Of a DNA stretch of 64,000 nucleotides, positions 9,420 through 19,335 are shown piece after piece. The number at the start of each line of letters is the position of its first letter. Positions within the stretch are counted from its first letter, which is position 1. Position numbers and translations under genes: made by a program. Under the pieces are notes generated by a model. It searched no databases. It saw only the letters and a list, made by a program, of their open reading frames with translations, and was not told the DNA's origin. The stretch comes from an uncultured Actinomycetota bacterium (lineage in GTDB: Bacteria > Actinomycetota > Humimicrobiia > Humimicrobiales > Humimicrobiaceae). The stretch spans positions 8,353-72,352 of the forward strand of contig CAZQQX010000005.1 in NCBI GenBank assembly GCA_964595565.1, written 5' to 3'.

Positions 9420-11315
9420 TTGCATTTAAAGATGGACATAGAAAAGATTACAAGAGAACAGCTAATAAATAAGCTGGTTGAGATGAATCAGAAGATTATA
9501 AATCTTGAGAAATACAGAAAGCAATTTATAAACTATAAAAAGCTGCTGGAGGAAAATGAGGTAAAGTACAGGAGCCTCCTTGATACCGATTCCGCAGGCA
9601 TAATCATAGTAGACAGCAAAGGGGTAATAACAGAGTGTAATGATAATGTACTGAGATTTTCGGGATGCTTGAAGTCAGAGCTGGTAGGAAAATATTTTAC
9701 CAGACGGGTTAATATAAGTACCGCGAATATTCCCGGGTATCTTAAAATTTTTAAGGCAATTTTAAATGGAGAAGAAGTAGGTCCGTTTGAGATTTCCCAG
9801 CACAAAAAAAATGGTGGCGTTCTTTTCGGGGAAGTATATTTTGGGCCTTTAAAAAATAAGGATGATAGTATTATTGGTTTTAAGATAATTGTAAAAGACA
9901 TTACAGAGAAGAAAAAATTTGAGAGTGACCGTAAAGAAATAAAAGAAAAATTTTATAATCTGTTTAAATCTTCAATGGAAGGAATAGCCGTCCATGACAA
10001 TGGGAAGATTATGGATGTAAACGATGCCTTCTGCGAGATGTTTGGCTGCAGTTATTCTTACGCTACTGGTAGGAATTTAATGGATTTTATCACATCTGAA
10101 TATAGAGATACAGTTATAAATAAAATTAATTCAGATAACAATGCTCCGTATGAGGCAGTGGGAATTAAAAGTACCGGGAGCAGGGTATCTATGGAGGTAA
10201 CAGGCAGAGATATTGTGCATGATGGCAGAAAAGTAAGAATGGAGATTTTTAATAATATCAATGAGAGGAAAAAAGCAGAAAATAGAATCAGGTATCTGAG
10301 TTTCCACGACAAGTTGACGGAGCTTTACAACAGAACATATTTTGAAAAAGTCCTGGTAAATATATATAAAGACAGGGATTTCCTCCTGAACTTCATAATT
10401 TGCGACCTTAATGGGCTTAAACTGGTAAATGATGCGTTTGGCTATAGTGAAGGGGACAGGTTGATAAAAAGGGTAGCAAAGATATTAAAATACTGTGCCC
10501 GCGAAGAAGATATAATTGCCAGATGGGGTGAAGATGAGTTTTTTATACTTCTTCCCAGATCTACAGAAGAAGATGTGGAAGAGGTGTTAGATAAAATAAA
10601 CAGGATTTGTCTAAAGACAAAGGACCAGAAGATTCCTCTAAATATTTCAATAGGAACTTCGGCAAGAGAAAATAAGAATCAAAATCTGGGGGAAGTAATA
10701 AAAGAAGCAGAGAATAATATGTATAAGAATAAATTGCTTAAAAGGAAAAGCGTATATAATTCTATTATCCTATCGCTGGAAAGAATATTGTGGGAAAAAA
10801 ATCGTGAGACCAAGGAACATGCAGACCGCCTGAGGAAGCTATCTATAGAACTTGGACGCATCATTAATTTACCGCAGAATAAGCTGGATGAGCTTGAATT
10901 ACTATCTGCTCTCCATGATATTGGAAAAGTAGGAATACCTGACAGGATTTTAATGAAAAAAGGAAGATTAAATTCAAAGGAATGGAAGATTATTAAAAGA
11001 CATCCCGAGATAGGCTATAAAATTGCAGAATCAACGCCCCAGATTGCATCTATTGCGGATGATATTCTATCCCATCACGAATGGTGGAATGGCTCAGGCT
11101 ATCCCCAGGGATTAAAAGGGGAACAGATACCCGTAAATGCCTGTATTGTTTCAATTGTAGATGCCTATGATGTCATGACTTTTGGCAGGCATTACAGGCC
11201 CCCGGTTTCTGATGAAGAAGCAAAAGAGGAACTTATCAGATGTTCAGGAACGCAATTTAGCCCGGTGCTTGTAGATAAGTTTGTTATTCATCACCATAAG
11301 ATTAACCAGAGCTGA
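9420..11315 (+). CDS. PAS/PAS sensor protein with a degenerate GGDEF domain (RWGEDEF) and a C-terminal HD-GYP phosphodiesterase domain
   Basis: The GGDEF-domain motifs YNR.YF and DLNGLKLVNDAFGY are present, but the signature reads GEDEF instead of GGDEF. The HD-GYP domain carries HDIGKV and HHEWWNGSGYP. Confidence 0.8.
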   Translation: MHLKMDIEKITREQLINKLVEMNQKIINLEKYRKQFINYKKLLEENEVKYRSLLDTDSAGIIIVDSKGVITECNDNVLRFSGCLKSELVGKYFTRRVNISTANIPGYLKIFKAILNGEEVGPFEISQHKKNGGVLFGEVYFGPLKNKDDSIIGFKIIVKDITEKKKFESDRKEIKEKFYNLFKSSMEGIAVHDNGKIMDVNDAFCEMFGCSYSYATGRNLMDFITSEYRDTVINKINSDNNAPYEAVGIKSTGSRVSMEVTGRDIVHDGRKVRMEIFNNINERKKAENRIRYLSFHDKLTELYNRTYFEKVLVNIYKDRDFLLNFIICDLNGLKLVNDAFGYSEGDRLIKRVAKILKYCAREEDIIARWGEDEFFILLPRSTEEDVEEVLDKINRICLKTKDQKIPLNISIGTSARENKNQNLGEVIKEAENNMYKNKLLKRKSVYNSIILSLERILWEKNRETKEHADRLRKLSIELGRIINLPQNKLDELELLSALHDIGKVGIPDRILMKKGRLNSKEWKIIKRHPEIGYKIAESTPQIASIADDILSHHEWWNGSGYPQGLKGEQIPVNACIVSIVDAYDVMTFGRHYRPPVSDEEAKEELIRCSGTQFSPVLVDKFVIHHHKINQS

Positions 11316-11472
11316 ATAGTAAATAGCTGTATAAACCTTAACTATGGATAAGATTTGCTCTGTCTGAGAAAATGCTGTAGATGGAGGGTTTTTATTTTAG
11401 TGCTACAGCAGGTGCGGCGATTTTAAATTATTGTCCCGGCTTTATCTATCAAAATGAAATAATATTATTGTA

Positions 11473-11501
11473 TTGACAGGGGGTAATATTTAGTATATTA
11501 T
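11473..11501 (+). promoter_or_regulatory. putative sigma70 promoter of the TetR gene (TTGACA, 17 nt spacer, TATTAT) overlapping a near-palindrome GTATATTATAC
   Basis: Read directly from the sequence. The RBS AAGAGGAG lies at 11527-11534, ahead of the ATG at 11545. Confidence 0.35.
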
Positions 11502-11544
11502 ACAAACAGACCAGTTGGTATTTTTTAAGAGGAGTACAGGCTCT

Positions 11545-12138
11545 ATGAATTTAAAAGAAAAGGGCAGGAAGTCCAGAGAGAAGCTTCTAAGAGCTGCGGA
11601 AATATGTTTTACAAAATACGGCCTTGATGCTTCAGGAGTTGATATAATTTGTAAAACTGCCGGTATGAGTAAAGGAGCATTTTACCACCATTTTTCAAGC
11701 AAACAGGAACTTTTTCTGGAAATGTTAAATCAATGGTTAAAAATAATTGATGAATATATCAATTCTGCCAGAAAAGATTCGTCGAATATGATGGAAATGT
11801 TTATGAATATAGCTAACGCTAAATCAATTTTCCAGGATGCCGGCAGCAAATTACCTATTTTTATTGAATTATGGATTAGAGCTTCAAGGGATAAGAAACT
11901 CCGTAAAATTACTATAGGGTCCTATTATAAATATTTAAAGTTGTTTGAAAAATTGATAGAAGAAGGTATAGAAAAAAAATTAATAAAAAAAGTCAGCCCG
12001 GATACAGTAAGCAGAATGATAATAGCTGTTGCAGTGGGATTTGTGATGCAGGGGATGCTTGACCCCCACGGCACCGACTGGGACAGGATTGCACAGGAAG
12101 CTCCCCTGATTGTGCTGGAGGGAATCATAAGAAAATAA
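11545..12138 (+). CDS. TetR/AcrR family transcriptional regulator
   Basis: HTH region GLDASGVDIICKTAGMSKGAFYHHFSSKQELF. Start placed at the ATG at 11545 because of its RBS AAGAGGAG; the track start at 11515 lacks an RBS. Confidence 0.8.
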   Translation: MNLKEKGRKSREKLLRAAEICFTKYGLDASGVDIICKTAGMSKGAFYHHFSSKQELFLEMLNQWLKIIDEYINSARKDSSNMMEMFMNIANAKSIFQDAGSKLPIFIELWIRASRDKKLRKITIGSYYKYLKLFEKLIEEGIEKKLIKKVSPDTVSRMIIAVAVGFVMQGMLDPHGTDWDRIAQEAPLIVLEGIIRK

Positions 12139-12182
12139 AAGTAGAAATTTTGGGCTAAATTAAAAAATGGAGGAATTTTAAA

Positions 12183-13190
12183 TTGAATATACTATTAACG
12201 GGTGCTTTTGGCAGTGTGGGAAGATTTACCCTTCAGGAATTGCTAAAAAAAGGCTGTAGGGTAAGAGTGATAGAATTAAAAACCCCTGCCAATATAAAAA
12301 TTTACACTAAATTTAAGAAAGATATAGAAATAATCTGGGGGGATATAACGAGTAAAAAAGATGTGGAAGAAGCAGTGGCAGGCCAGGATGCAGTAATACA
12401 CCTGGCTTTTGTGATACCTCCTCTGAGCGAGGAGCAACCGAACCGGACCTGGGAGATTAATGTAGAGGGAACACGCAATCTGTTAAATGCAATGAGGGCG
12501 CTTCCGGTGAAACCTAAAATTGTATTTACCTCTTCGGTTTCTGTGTTTGGGAAAACCGGTCATTTAAAACCGCCCAGAACTATGCTGGACCCGGTAATGC
12601 CTACAGATAATTATTCCCATCATAAAGTTGCCTGTGAACAGCTGGTCAGGGTATCCGGTCTGGACTGGGTTATTTTAAGACTGGGCGCGATATTGAGTGT
12701 ATCATTATGCGAGATGGACCCGCTTCTTTTCAAAGTTCCTACCGGTAACAGAATTGAATTAATCCATGCCCATGACGCCGGTATAGCACTGGCAAATGCG
12801 GCTACCGACGAAAGTATTCGGGGCAAAACCCTTCTTGTCGGAGGTGGGCCTTCCTGTCAGGTGTACCAGAGAGATTTTGTAGGAAAAGTTCTGGAAGTCG
12901 TCGGCATTGGAATGTTACCGGAGGAAGCATTTACATCGGAGCCTTTTTACCTTGACTGGATAGATACTGAGGAAAGCCAGAAGCTTCTGAATTATCAGTT
13001 CAAAGGATTGGATGATTTCCTGGATGATATTAAGAAACACCTGGGATTTAAAAGATACCTTACCCGTATATTAAGGCCTTTTATTCGTTACTGGCTGCTT
13101 AATAAGTCACCTTATTTAAGGAAGAAGGATTATGCTGCAGGCAGTTTCAGGGCCAGGGTGAAAGGCAGTGTTATACCGGATGCGCATTAA
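12183..13190 (+). CDS. NAD-dependent epimerase/dehydratase (extended SDR)
   Basis: N-terminal Rossmann motif ILLTGAFGSVGRF and a YxxxK-type region. The C-terminal extension is basic. Confidence 0.7.
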   Translation: MNILLTGAFGSVGRFTLQELLKKGCRVRVIELKTPANIKIYTKFKKDIEIIWGDITSKKDVEEAVAGQDAVIHLAFVIPPLSEEQPNRTWEINVEGTRNLLNAMRALPVKPKIVFTSSVSVFGKTGHLKPPRTMLDPVMPTDNYSHHKVACEQLVRVSGLDWVILRLGAILSVSLCEMDPLLFKVPTGNRIELIHAHDAGIALANAATDESIRGKTLLVGGGPSCQVYQRDFVGKVLEVVGIGMLPEEAFTSEPFYLDWIDTEESQKLLNYQFKGLDDFLDDIKKHLGFKRYLTRILRPFIRYWLLNKSPYLRKKDYAAGSFRARVKGSVIPDAH

Positions 13191-13253
13191 ATCATTTTAA
13201 CTTTATAATTTAAAAACAGTTAAGTTTAAAAAAGGAGTTTTATTATCAACAGG

Positions 13254-13631
13254 TTGTCAAAAAGTATATTTTTTTTTGGAATTTATATTATAGCAGCAGG
13301 CTTATTTTTGCTGGTATTTCCCGGTGTTCTTCTTAATTTTGTTGGACTGGATATATCCGGGAGTGTGGTGGTCCGACTGCTGGGAATGACGCTCGTATTT
13401 TATGGATATTATTATATCAGGGCCGGAATTGCAGGAGAAAAGATGCTGTGGTTTTTCTGGTGGACCGTGCATACCAGGTTTTCTGCCATCATAGTTTTAT
13501 CGGCTCTCGCATTTTTTAATTTAGCACCGCCTGTTATAATAGCTTTTGGAGCCCTGGACCTGCTCGGAGCCGTATGGACTTTAATAGAACTAAGGCTTTA
13601 CAGGAAAACAAAGGGCCTTAGGGTTAATTAA
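13254..13631 (+). CDS. small integral membrane protein (four predicted TM helices)
   Basis: Hydrophobic throughout; lies between the epimerase and the acyl-ligase fusion. Confidence 0.4.
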   Translation: MSKSIFFFGIYIIAAGLFLLVFPGVLLNFVGLDISGSVVVRLLGMTLVFYGYYYIRAGIAGEKMLWFFWWTVHTRFSAIIVLSALAFFNLAPPVIIAFGALDLLGAVWTLIELRLYRKTKGLRVN

Positions 13632-13887
13632 GCTTTAATCTTACTTTTATTTTAATTTATTTTTCCAATCTGAATTCCCACTGATTTTTTCATTTTTTTT
13701 ACCTGTTTGATTAAATTTTGTTAATTATCTTATAATTAAAAAGTAAAAGAAATTTATATATTTTTAAGCATAACAGCTGGGTTTATTTATATGTAATAAA
13801 GTTTTAATAAAACTGATTTGCTTAATTAACCCAGACAGACAGGCGCTTATATATTTTCCAGAACATACTGGAGAAGGTGGTAAATTT

Positions 13888-16437
13888 ATGATGAGTTCAG
13901 GCTTACCCGGCTATATGGAGAAATATATAATAGCCGGGAACAGGTACTTTTATTATCGGGGGAAATACCGCACTGTACGCTGGAGTTTTGAGAAAGTATA
14001 CCAGCACGCAAAAAAATTTGCTGCAATGCTCAGAAAGTTTGGAATAAAGAAAGGGCAAAGAGTAATAATAAAGGGGCAAAATAAGCCCGAATGGATAATC
14101 GCCTTTATTGGATGCCTTATGGAGGGAGCGGTAGCTGTGCCTCTTGATTTAAATTCGGGTTCTGAATTTGAAGAAAAGGTACTGGCAAAAACAAAGGCGA
14201 AGTTAATGATATGCGGCGACAGCAGTAGCAGAATGAGAAAACCTTTACGGATTAAATTAATAAATATTAATGATATTGAAGATATTCTTTCAGATATAAA
14301 GCCTGCAGAAGATGCGGGATTGAATATTTCCTCCGGTGACCTGGCCCAGATTATTTTTACCTCGGGTACTACAACCAGCCCAAAAGGGGTAATGATTACC
14401 CACGGTAATATTGAATCAAACCTAGGGTCTATTAAGCCTGTGATGGAGAAGTGGAAAAAATTCTTTCGTTTTATGTGGAATTTAAAGATCTTATCGGTTG
14501 TTCCTCTGAGCCACATGTACGGTCAGCTGATAGGAATATTTATCCCTTTGATGATAGGAAGCTCGGTAGTTTTTATGGAAAGTATAAATCCTGCAGAAAT
14601 CCTGACAGCGATAAGAAAAGAAAAAATCTGGATTCTCGGAACCCTTCCTAAAATTCTTGAATTGCTTAAGGACCATATAACCAGGAAATTTAATCTCAGA
14701 GATGAGGAGTTTAAGAAGAAATTTAATAGACTTAAGAGAATTAAATGGCCGATCCGGTTTCTGGCTTTTTTAAACATTCACCTGAAAATTGGCTGGAGGC
14801 TGGTAGCCATAGTGGTGGGGGGAGCGGCTTTTGATAGAAATCTTGATAAGTTCTGGAGAACCATTGCTTATACTATATTCCAGGGTTATGGATTGACCGA
14901 AACAGCTCCGCTGGTAACCCTTGCAGACCCGGCATCTACAGGTGCGGGCTCTATCGGGAAAGCTCTGGAAGGTCTGGATATACGCCTGGTAAATGGTGAA
15001 ATTTACGTGAGGGGTAAGAATGTAACACCAGGATATTTTAAAAATTCTTTACTTACAAAAAAAGCCTTCTCGAAAGGATGGTTCAAAACCGGTGACCTGG
15101 CCGCAGTGGATGAAAAAGGTAATCTGATTTTTAGAGGCAGGAAAGATTCGGTTATTGTAAGAGAGGATGGAATAAATATTTACCCTGAAGATATTGAATC
15201 TGTATTAAAGGCATCTGACACGGTAAGGGATTGCACAGTTCTGGGGTTAAAAGATGGTAAGGGTTTAAAAATTCATGCGGTATTATTGCTAGAAGGTGAT
15301 TTTAAAGGCGAGCCACGAAAAATAATAGACGAAGCAAATAAAAAGTTAAATGTGTACCAGCACATAAATAGTTGCAGTATATGGAAAGGAAATGATTTTC
15401 CAAGAACAACTACGAAAAAAATAAAAAGAGACGGGGTGGCAAAGGCTCTCTCAGAAGGGGGAAAAGGGAAAGTAGCTCCAGGTAAAGAATCTTTTTTGTT
15501 TGCCGGAGCGGCGGAAGTATTAAATGGTTTAAAAAAAGTTAGACCCGAAAGTATTAATGAAGATGCGGAACTTGAAAAAGACCTGGGGCTGGACTCCCTC
15601 GATCTGGCCCGGCTTTCGGCTATTATTGAAGATAAATATGGTATAGAAGTGGATGATTCTAATATCGGTAGAAATACTAAAATTAGTGAGCTTGAAAACT
15701 TAATTAAATCTCCTCCCCGGAGAAGCACACGCAAGATACCTTTCTATAGCTTTCCTTTCTGGCTGCCCGTTCAGGTTATAAGGACTATATTTCAGTTTAT
15801 TATCTATCCTTTTATATTCCCTGTCTACAGGCTCAGAGTGAAGGGAAAAGAAAAACTTAACCGTTTAAGAGAGCCGGCTGTATTTGCTGCCAATCATACG
15901 AGCATCCTGGATAGTTTTGTTATCCTTTATTCTTTACCTTTCAATATAAGGAGGAAGGTTGTCGTACTGATGTCCATAGAATATCATTTTAAACATTTTT
16001 TCTATCATACCGGGACATGGTTGATAAGAATAATTGAAGCAGCAGGATTTTACCTTTTGATAAATTTATTTATTAATGTTTCTCCTATATCCAGAACTTA
16101 CGGGTTTAAAAAAGTGATGGAGAATATCGGTAAAATGATTGATGAGGGCTGGTATATTTTAATCTACCCCGAGGGAAGAGTTACCACTGATGGCAGTATA
16201 AAAAAATTTGAACCCGGCATTGGTGTTATAGCGCTTGATATGGAAGTTCCCGTAATCCCTGTAAGAGTTAAGGGTCTTTTTAATATTTTAAGAAATGGAA
16301 TTCTTCCCCGGGGGCATATACCCCGGCGTCCTCTTGTGGAAGTAAGTTTATCGGAACCATTAGAGTTTAAAAAATCAGAATATAAGGACTACAGGAAAGT
16401 AACTTCAGTAATTGAAAATAAAGTAATATCACTTTAG
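13888..16437 (+). CDS. tri-domain fusion: acyl-AMP (fatty-acid) ligase, acyl carrier domain, and PlsC-type lysophospholipid acyltransferase (Aas-like)
   Basis: AMP-binding signature IIFTSGTTTSPKGVMITHGN. ACP phosphopantetheine site DLGLDSLDLARL. Acyltransferase motifs HxxxxD (ANHTSILDSF) and YPEGRVT. Confidence 0.75.
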   Translation: MMSSGLPGYMEKYIIAGNRYFYYRGKYRTVRWSFEKVYQHAKKFAAMLRKFGIKKGQRVIIKGQNKPEWIIAFIGCLMEGAVAVPLDLNSGSEFEEKVLAKTKAKLMICGDSSSRMRKPLRIKLININDIEDILSDIKPAEDAGLNISSGDLAQIIFTSGTTTSPKGVMITHGNIESNLGSIKPVMEKWKKFFRFMWNLKILSVVPLSHMYGQLIGIFIPLMIGSSVVFMESINPAEILTAIRKEKIWILGTLPKILELLKDHITRKFNLRDEEFKKKFNRLKRIKWPIRFLAFLNIHLKIGWRLVAIVVGGAAFDRNLDKFWRTIAYTIFQGYGLTETAPLVTLADPASTGAGSIGKALEGLDIRLVNGEIYVRGKNVTPGYFKNSLLTKKAFSKGWFKTGDLAAVDEKGNLIFRGRKDSVIVREDGINIYPEDIESVLKASDTVRDCTVLGLKDGKGLKIHAVLLLEGDFKGEPRKIIDEANKKLNVYQHINSCSIWKGNDFPRTTTKKIKRDGVAKALSEGGKGKVAPGKESFLFAGAAEVLNGLKKVRPESINEDAELEKDLGLDSLDLARLSAIIEDKYGIEVDDSNIGRNTKISELENLIKSPPRRSTRKIPFYSFPFWLPVQVIRTIFQFIIYPFIFPVYRLRVKGKEKLNRLREPAVFAANHTSILDSFVILYSLPFNIRRKVVVLMSIEYHFKHFFYHTGTWLIRIIEAAGFYLLINLFINVSPISRTYGFKKVMENIGKMIDEGWYILIYPEGRVTTDGSIKKFEPGIGVIALDMEVPVIPVRVKGLFNILRNGILPRGHIPRRPLVEVSLSEPLEFKKSEYKDYRKVTSVIENKVISL

Positions 16438-16617
16438 ACTCATAAATTATTTTATATTTTTTAAAATTTACACTGATTGAATAAGATAATATAATTAAAA
16501 CAGAAAAGCCCTTTTTAAATAACAAAAAAATATAGTTATTTGATAGCTGATACTTACAATTTTATTTACAGATGATACCGGATAAAAATATTATTTGTCC
16601 TGGGGGAGGGAGCAAAA

Positions 16618-16992
16618 ATGACTGAAAGATTACAAATTTATAAATGCGGGGTCTGTGGTAATATTATTGAAGTTCTTCACGCCGGGAAAGGCGAGCTTTC
16701 CTGTTGCGGCCAGCCTATGAAACTTTATGAGGGAAACACAGTTGATGCTGCTATTGAAAAGCACGTTCCAGTGGTTGAAAAAACAGATACTGGATTTAAG
16801 GTTAAGGTTGGAAGTGTACCGCATCCCATGATAAGCGAGCATTATATAGAGTGGGTCGAGCTAATTGTGGATGGAATAAGTTACAGAAAATTCTTAAATC
16901 CGGGGGATGCACCTGAAGCTGAATTCTGTGTAAAGGCAGATAATGCCACTGCCAGAGAATACTGTAATATTCACGGTTTATGGAAAAGTTAA
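16618..16992 (+). CDS. dfx: desulfoferrodoxin (2Fe superoxide reductase)
   Basis: N-terminal desulforedoxin motif CGVCGN...CCG; centre-II ligands (HVPVV, H...C...H); 124 aa. RBS GGGGGAGGG. Confidence 0.85.
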   Translation: MTERLQIYKCGVCGNIIEVLHAGKGELSCCGQPMKLYEGNTVDAAIEKHVPVVEKTDTGFKVKVGSVPHPMISEHYIEWVELIVDGISYRKFLNPGDAPEAEFCVKADNATAREYCNIHGLWKS

Positions 16993-17090
16993 AAAGGATT
17001 AACTTAAAATAAAAGTCCTGCTTTACTGTATCAGTTATAAACTGTATAAAGGTAACAAAGAATTTTTAAAAAGAGAAGGAACTGGTTTGA

Positions 17091-18278
17091 ATGGGTGTGC
17101 TTAAAATCAAAGAAAATATCTATTCTGTTGGAGCGGTAGACTATGACAGAAAGTTATTTGATGAGCTAATACCTCTTCCAGACGGAACTTCTTACAATTC
17201 TTATTTAATTAATGGTTCAGAAAAAACGGCTCTATTTGATGGTGTAGACCCACCGATGTATGATGTACAGCTTGGCAACTTAAGAGAGCTGGGTCCGGTG
17301 AAGATAGATTATATAATATCACATCACGCAGAGCAGGACCATTCGGGCTCACTGCCGGAGCTTATAAAAGATTATCCCGGAGCCATGATAGTAACAAACC
17401 AGAAAGGCAAATCAATGCTTGAAGATTTGCTTTTAATACCGGAAGAAAAATTTATAGTTATTGATGATGGAGACACTCTTTCCCTTGGTGATAAGACGCT
17501 AAAGTTTATTTTTACTCCCTGGGTTCACTGGCCCGAAACAATGTCAACCTACCTCATTGAAGATAAAATTCTTTTTAGCTGTGACTTCTTCGGCTCTCAT
17601 TATGCTACCGGCGAACTTTTTGCCGGAGAAGAAGATAAAATATATAACGCTGCGAAACGTTATTATGCGGAGATTATGATGCCTTTCAGGAACAATATAA
17701 AAAAGAACCTGGAAAAGATTAAGGATTTAAATATTAAAATTATTGCTCCCAGCCATGGTCCAATTTATAGGAATGTTGATTTTATTGTTAATGCATATAG
17801 AGAATGGATTTCTGACAGTGCAAAAAATGAAGTTGTCATACCTTATGTATCAATGCACGGAAGTACCGGGAAAATGGTCGAGTACCTCAAGGAATCACTG
17901 AGCAAAAAAAATATAACGGCCAGGGCCTTTCATCTTACTGGCTCTGATATAGGGGAGCTTGCTATGGCACTGGTTGATGCAGCTACAATTGTAATTGCCA
18001 CCCCTACAGTGCTCGCGGGTCCCCATCCTAATATTATGTACGCGGCATATTTAGTAAGGGTACTCAAACCGAAAGCAAAATTTATCTCAATTATGGGCTC
18101 TTATGGGTGGGGCGGAAAAACTGCCGATATGCTTTTTGATGTTTTATCTACTTTGAAAGCTGAAGTAATAGAACCTGTAATTATTAAAGGGTACCCGGAA
18201 GAAGATGATTTTGAGGCGATTGATAGGCTGGCAGATAAGATAAATAAAAAGCATAAAGAAATTTCTGCAGATGATTAA
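17091..18278 (+). CDS. flavodiiron protein (FprA/rubredoxin:oxygen oxidoreductase type; metallo-beta-lactamase plus flavodoxin domains)
   Basis: Di-iron motif HHAEQDHSGSLPEL in an MBL-like domain, followed by a C-terminal flavodoxin-like domain; 395 aa. Confidence 0.85.
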   Translation: MGVLKIKENIYSVGAVDYDRKLFDELIPLPDGTSYNSYLINGSEKTALFDGVDPPMYDVQLGNLRELGPVKIDYIISHHAEQDHSGSLPELIKDYPGAMIVTNQKGKSMLEDLLLIPEEKFIVIDDGDTLSLGDKTLKFIFTPWVHWPETMSTYLIEDKILFSCDFFGSHYATGELFAGEEDKIYNAAKRYYAEIMMPFRNNIKKNLEKIKDLNIKIIAPSHGPIYRNVDFIVNAYREWISDSAKNEVVIPYVSMHGSTGKMVEYLKESLSKKNITARAFHLTGSDIGELAMALVDAATIVIATPTVLAGPHPNIMYAAYLVRVLKPKAKFISIMGSYGWGGKTADMLFDVLSTLKAEVIEPVIIKGYPEEDDFEAIDRLADKINKKHKEISADD

Positions 18279-18346
18279 TGAGTAAGATTAATCAAAAAAC
18301 CGCACCAGATAATTTAAAATATTAAACAGTATAACCGGTAGGATAG

Positions 18347-19222
18347 ATGGGATTAAAAGAGGAGCTTGATAAATTATACTTAACCTTTAATCACAGGAAA
18401 TTTGTTCACCCGGACCCCCTGGAATTTTTATATAATTATGATGATATAAGGGACCGTGAAATTGCGGGCCTTATTTCCTCTACATTATCTTACGGCAGGG
18501 TAAGCCAGATACTCAAAAGTGTATCCCTGGTTCTGGACAGTATGGGCTCTTCCCCTTATTTTTTTATAATGGAATCTTCTCCCCGGACATTTTATAATAA
18601 TTTTAAGAATTTTAAACACAGGTTTACCACAGGAGATGAACTATGCTGCCTGCTGGAAGGAATAAAGAAAGCTATTGAGGAATACGGCTCGCTAAATAAT
18701 TGCTTTCTTGAAGGCTCTGTGACTGATAAAGGAAACCATGAGGGCAATATAAAAAAAAGAACCGCAGTGAGCTCCCGGGAATTTACGGGAACCGTTGAAA
18801 AAGTATTTAAAGAAGAGGCAGGCTGCGGAACAGTTGTTCCTGCTATTTTAAATTTTGCAGAAAAACTAAACTTTTTTTCCGAAGAAAAATGTACCAGCCT
18901 TATACCTTATCATTCGGGCAGCAGTGCATTTAAGAGGCTGAATCTTTATCTTCGCTGGATGGTGAGAAAAGATAGGGTGGACCCCGGGGGCTGGTACGGT
19001 ATTCCCGCATCCGGATTGATTGTTCCCCTGGATACCCATATGCACAGGATTTCAGCAAAACTCGGGTTTACAAATAGAAAACAGGCAGATATTAAAACCG
19101 CTGTAGAGATAACCGGCACATTAAAAAAATTTGACAGGGATGACCCGGTAAAATATGACTTTGCTTTAACCCGGCTGGGTATGAATAAAATGGAGGAAAT
19201 TCTTTTTAAAAAAATTTTTTAA
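18347..19222 (+). CDS. TIGR02757/DUF2400-like protein (HhH-GPD-related superfamily, function unknown)
   Basis: Identified from memory of the family pattern (HPDPLEFLY...ISSTLSYGRV...). I could not verify it here. Confidence 0.35.
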   Translation: MGLKEELDKLYLTFNHRKFVHPDPLEFLYNYDDIRDREIAGLISSTLSYGRVSQILKSVSLVLDSMGSSPYFFIMESSPRTFYNNFKNFKHRFTTGDELCCLLEGIKKAIEEYGSLNNCFLEGSVTDKGNHEGNIKKRTAVSSREFTGTVEKVFKEEAGCGTVVPAILNFAEKLNFFSEEKCTSLIPYHSGSSAFKRLNLYLRWMVRKDRVDPGGWYGIPASGLIVPLDTHMHRISAKLGFTNRKQADIKTAVEITGTLKKFDRDDPVKYDFALTRLGMNKMEEILFKKIF

Positions 19223-19335
19223 TTAATGTTTTTATCCTGCAGGGAATAATTGTATAATTATATGAAGTTTTAAGCTTGATATCAGGATATTAACCTGCGA
19301 ACTGATTACAAAAAAATAATTATAAGGGAGCGCTA

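Noticed and set aside
11515-11544. Track start codon for the TetR gene at 11515
   Set aside because: The ATG at 11545 is preceded at ideal spacing by AAGAGGAG, whereas 11515 has no RBS and would add a non-conserved 10-aa extension.
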